Shown: positions 60,181 to 64,000 of the stretch, piece after piece
How positions within the stretch are numbered: the first letter of the stretch is position 1
Layout of the letters: each line of letters begins with the position of its first letter
Origin: Nitrospirota bacterium
GTDB taxonomy: Bacteria > Nitrospirota > UBA9217
Direction of reading: 5' to 3'
DNA length: 64,000 nucleotides
NCBI GenBank assembly: GCA_963751455.1
Contig: CAVVUN010000001.1
Coordinates: 256,001-320,000, forward strand
Notes under the pieces: model-generated
Told to the model about the DNA's origin: nothing
What the model saw: only the letters and a program-made list of their open reading frames with translations
Database searches by the model: none
Translations under genes and position numbers: made by a program

Positions 60181-62352
60181 ATGTCGATGACTGGTTTGTT
60201 TGAAAAGATCCGGAATCATAAACTTTTTTCCAGCCACCAGGCCGTCTGGGCGTTTGTGGTTATACTACTGATTTCGATATGGGTTTTGAATGCAAATCCC
60301 TTTCGTGGCGAGACGATAGGCCCGTTTGATCTGCTGCTGACGCAACCGGGATGGGCAACCGTCGAATGGGACACGGTAAAGAACGGCGAGGCCAGCGATG
60401 TGCTCGACTCAGAGCTTCCTTCCTGGATAAAGATCAAGGAACAGATCCGGGCGGGAAAGGGTGCCCTGTGGTACCCGTATTCGGCCGGAGGGAAGGCCAT
60501 GGATATTGAGCCGTTTAATCCGGCATTCCTTCTGTTTCTTGCTGTTGAAGACAACGCGCTTGCAATTTATATGGTTGGACTGTTAAAGCTCGTGATCGCC
60601 GGTTTTGGAGGCTATCTCCTTCTGAAGACGTTCTTAAAGTGGGCGCCTTCCATGTGGGGCGGAATCGTCTTTATGCTATGCGGTTTCAACGCAGCCTGGT
60701 TTTTAGTAGAGCAGGTTACAACCGCGATGTGGATTCCCTGGCTCCTCGCGGCAACGGTAATGTATCTCAAAACAAATAATATGAAATGGCTGCCTGCAAT
60801 CACCGTCAGCGGAGCGCTGCTTATATTCGGCGGTTTCTTCTCCGTTGCCGCGTTCGGCCTGTATGCATTCGGGATGCTCGTTTTGACCTGGAACGCGTAT
60901 GACTTCTCTCTTGACTATATGCGCGCTTCCCGGAAAGACAACAACAGAATCAAACTATATCTAAAAAAATCAACGCTGCCCATGGTCGCAGTGAGTATTG
61001 CCTTTCTGCTTGCCGCCGTCATCCTTATTCCTTTCATCGACGGGCTACAGGGCGTCAATCTGAGTTACCGGTCAGGAACCGTTTACGGCACAGGAACAGT
61101 TTTTGGGGCGGGCACCAATTTTAAGAACGGGATCATGGACCTGCCGCTCCTGTTTATGTATGAATATCCGCTGCATATCGAGAGAACCGCATTTATCGGC
61201 GTACCGGTCGGCCTATTTGCCTTGTTCGGCATCTTCAGATTTTTCCGCAGCAGTGACGACAACTACAGGAAATTCATATTTTTTCATCTATTGCTTGTCA
61301 TTATAACAACGCTGATAACATTCGGCCTGCTGCCGCATGACTTGATAAGAGCGCTGCCAATTTTCAGTAATAATTCGTGGGGCAGGCTTGTCGTGGTCCT
61401 GCTTCTGGGCTTATCTGTTTTATCTGCCGTCGGTCTGGACTTTGTAATTGCCGAGCTTCCGGCTCTTCTTTCCCGGTATGTAAAGATAACGCCGTTGCTC
61501 GTCCGGGGGACGGTAGTGATCATAGTAATTATCGCGGCGGCGTTTCAGTTCGGCTCGCAAAAGATTTTCTTCAATGATTCTGTTGCAGTAGTCCCCTCTT
61601 CGTGGGTCTATCCCGTGACGCCAAGCATACAATACGTAAAGGAGCGTCTCAAGCCGCTGCAGTCGGTAATTGCCGATAATTCCTTTATGATCTCCGGCAC
61701 TCTCGGAAGTTACGGCATCGGCGAGTGGTACGGACACGCTTTGCGGTCAGAGAAGGAAAAGGAGGTCCTCGGCCATATGGTAATGTTTCCTTTTGCCTCC
61801 CCGACATCGGCCTTTATCGATGCTGCGAATATCCTCTATAATTCTTATTTGATTGATAAGATGGCGATAAAATATGTCCTCGTCGATAAGAATTTTTATC
61901 AAAAATCAGACCGGAACCTGTTCGGCAATAAATGGAATTTGATTGATCTCGAGAAGAACATAGTTGTACTTGAGAATAAAAACGTAACGAACGGCGCCTA
62001 TTTCGTGAAAAATCTTGAAGGGCTGGATGATCAGCCTGATTTTTCTGCAGCTAATGTGAGTTTCCCTTCATCGGACCTTATTAATATCACCTATTTAAAA
62101 GAAGGGGCCGGATGGATCGTCTTGCCCATGCATCTTCACCGGGGATGGAGAGCATATATCGATGACGATGAAGTCAAATATGATACCTATCTTGATATAT
62201 TGCCGGCGATACCGGTGAACGGTCCGGGACGGATAGAATTCAGGTATTGTCCGCCGGCCTTCCGGGCCGGGCTGATCGTAAGCCTGACCGGCTTGTGCAT
62301 CTTGCTCGCTTTTTCCGCGATCTGTTTAAAAAAAAGAGGCCGCGTAACGTGA
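60181..62352 (+). CDS. YfhO-like membrane glycosyltransferase
   Basis: LWYPYSAGG, many TM, C-terminal GWRAYID...IEFRY.P. Confidence 0.75.
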   Translation: MSMTGLFEKIRNHKLFSSHQAVWAFVVILLISIWVLNANPFRGETIGPFDLLLTQPGWATVEWDTVKNGEASDVLDSELPSWIKIKEQIRAGKGALWYPYSAGGKAMDIEPFNPAFLLFLAVEDNALAIYMVGLLKLVIAGFGGYLLLKTFLKWAPSMWGGIVFMLCGFNAAWFLVEQVTTAMWIPWLLAATVMYLKTNNMKWLPAITVSGALLIFGGFFSVAAFGLYAFGMLVLTWNAYDFSLDYMRASRKDNNRIKLYLKKSTLPMVAVSIAFLLAAVILIPFIDGLQGVNLSYRSGTVYGTGTVFGAGTNFKNGIMDLPLLFMYEYPLHIERTAFIGVPVGLFALFGIFRFFRSSDDNYRKFIFFHLLLVIITTLITFGLLPHDLIRALPIFSNNSWGRLVVVLLLGLSVLSAVGLDFVIAELPALLSRYVKITPLLVRGTVVIIVIIAAAFQFGSQKIFFNDSVAVVPSSWVYPVTPSIQYVKERLKPLQSVIADNSFMISGTLGSYGIGEWYGHALRSEKEKEVLGHMVMFPFASPTSAFIDAANILYNSYLIDKMAIKYVLVDKNFYQKSDRNLFGNKWNLIDLEKNIVVLENKNVTNGAYFVKNLEGLDDQPDFSAANVSFPSSDLINITYLKEGAGWIVLPMHLHRGWRAYIDDDEVKYDTYLDILPAIPVNGPGRIEFRYCPPAFRAGLIVSLTGLCILLAFSAICLKKRGRVT

Positions 62353-62356
62353 GCGG

Positions 62357-62568
62357 CTAGTGTAGTGTCTCTTAAATGGACGGTGTTATGATGATTTCAT
62401 CGAAAACTTATCTTCGCATAAATATTTGCTGATGAATTTGTAGGGCGACCCTTTAGGGTTGCTGCTGTTCCGGCGCTTTCAGCAAGGCTAAAGCCTTGCC
62501 CTACAAGTTTGGCTGCGGCCTACTGCTGCGCTATGATAACACCAGTCGTTTGTGAGACACTACACTAG
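62357..62568 (-). mobile_element. MITE family A copy 3
   Basis: Nearly identical to 40858-41070. Confidence 0.9.
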
Positions 62569-62685
62569 ACGATGGATTCGGAGAGTTATTATGCCTGTCT
62601 GCGTTTTTTCTCTCCGTGCCTATGCGTCTCTCGGTGATATTTTTCTGATTTCCTCTTTTCGGAAGTACGTTTGAGGGAGGGCCAA

Positions 62686-63645
62686 ATGAAGCTTATAATC
62701 CAAATCCCCTGCTATAACGAGGCGCGGTCCCTTCATATTACGCTGAAAGAACTGCCCCGGCATGTTGAAGGCTTCGACAGCGTTGAATGGCTGGTCATTA
62801 ACGACGGCAGCGTGGATGGCACGGCTGAGGCCGCAAAGGCAAACGGAGTCGACCATGTGGTCAGTTTCAGCACAAACCGGGGACTGGCCCGCGCGTTCAT
62901 GGCCGGGCTTGATGCCTGTCTTAAACTCGGAGCTGACGTTATAGTCAATACCGACGCGGACAATCAATATAATGCAAAGGACATTCCCCTGCTGGTAAAA
63001 CCGATCCTCGACAAAAGGGCTGAACTTGTTGTAGGCACCAGGCCTATTTCTGATATAAAGCATTATCCGTTTATTAAAAAACAACTGCAAAGACTGGGAA
63101 GCTGGGTCGTGAGATTGGCCAGCAAGACCGGCGTCCCGGATGCTCCGAGCGGATTCCGGGCCATGAGCCGTGAGGCGGCACTACGCTTCAATGTATTCAA
63201 CGATTATACGTACACCCTGGAGACAATAATTCAGGCGGGGCAGAAAAACATGGCGATTGCCTTCGTGCCTGTTCGAGTGAATGAAGATTTAAGGCCTTCC
63301 CGACTGGTAAAGAGCATACCCAGCTATGTGAAGCGATCGGTGCTGACGATTGTCCGAATTTTCGTAGTTTACCGGCCTTTTCGTTTCTTTGCTGTTATGG
63401 GAGCACTTCTCTCAAGCGGAGGTATACTCATCGGCCTCAGATATCTCTATTATTATTTTCAGGACGGCGGCGCCGGGCACGTTCAGTCGCTGATACTCGC
63501 CTCCATCCTTTTGGGAATCGGCTTCCAGACAATTCTGGTGGCCTTCATAGCCGATTTGCTGGCCGTCAACAGAAGGCTTGCGGAAGATGTCCAGTACAGA
63601 TTAAGAAAGAACGAGATTACCGGCAAGGATAAAGCCTCGAACTGA
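62686..63645 (+). CDS. Glycosyltransferase family 2 (polyprenol-phosphate type)
   Basis: IPCYNE, NDGSVDGT, TDADNQY, SGFRA, two C-terminal TM. Confidence 0.9.
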   Translation: MKLIIQIPCYNEARSLHITLKELPRHVEGFDSVEWLVINDGSVDGTAEAAKANGVDHVVSFSTNRGLARAFMAGLDACLKLGADVIVNTDADNQYNAKDIPLLVKPILDKRAELVVGTRPISDIKHYPFIKKQLQRLGSWVVRLASKTGVPDAPSGFRAMSREAALRFNVFNDYTYTLETIIQAGQKNMAIAFVPVRVNEDLRPSRLVKSIPSYVKRSVLTIVRIFVVYRPFRFFAVMGALLSSGGILIGLRYLYYYFQDGGAGHVQSLILASILLGIGFQTILVAFIADLLAVNRRLAEDVQYRLRKNEITGKDKASN

Positions 63646-63649
63646 AATA

Positions 63650-64000
63650 ATGAAATCAATCTGCATGATAACGACAAGCTATCCCGCCTGGAACGAAGGC
63701 CAGAATGAATTCGTGAGGGGAAAATTTGTGCATGATATGGCCAAATCGTTTGCCAAACAGGGAATTGCTGTTTATGTCGTGACGCAGCACGGAACGGGAA
63801 CAAAAGAATTCGAACGGCGGGATGGAGTAAACATTCACCGCTTTCATTATTTCCTTCCCGGATGCGAAACTCTGACTACGGGGTCCGGTGTGCCTGAAAA
63901 TATCAAGTTGCTTAAGAATAAGATACAGGTGCCCTTTTATTTCTTTTCTTTGCTGCTGAATTCAATAAAAGTTATTCGCCGGAATAACATAGAGATAATT
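63650..64000 (+). CDS. Glycosyltransferase family 4 (partial, runs off window end)
   Basis: Manual translation MKSICMITTSYP...GKFVHDMAK...VYVVT...DGVNIHRFHYF. Confidence 0.75.
   Translation, partial: MKSICMITTSYPAWNEGQNEFVRGKFVHDMAKSFAKQGIAVYVVTQHGTGTKEFERRDGVNIHRFHYFLPGCETLTTGSGVPENIKLLKNKIQVPFYFFSLLLNSIKVIRRNNIEII

Overview
Bacterial chromosomal window of moderate-to-high GC. Gene content (rnfCDGEAB, ihfA-merR-tRNA-Pro, surE-pcm, smc, lptFG, queC, nth) suggests an anaerobic Nitrospirota- or Desulfobacterota-like organism (inference). Most of it is housekeeping and envelope genes whose intergenic spaces are crowded with short palindromic repeats and MITEs. An AT-rich accessory island at about 43.3-51.9 kb holds an integron-type gene cassette, a RAYT transposase remnant and two inverted IS3-family copies. 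Between those copies lie a diverged tandem ~205-nt non-coding repeat, an uncharacterised wHTH/wHTH/wHTH-PLD-nuclease-like operon and a fourth ORF interrupted by IS200. Other highlights: a DsbA-like gene read through an in-frame TGA in a UxxC motif (selenoprotein), a twice-occurring ~170-nt structured non-coding element with compensatory changes, MITEs carrying GTAG-REP doublets, an unannotated 45-aa CxxC/CxxC protein in a Crp/Fnr-boxed module, and NrdR/DnaA-like boxes upstream of smc. Four genes have single-base frameshifts that look like sequencing errors. All family assignments come from motif recognition, not database searches.
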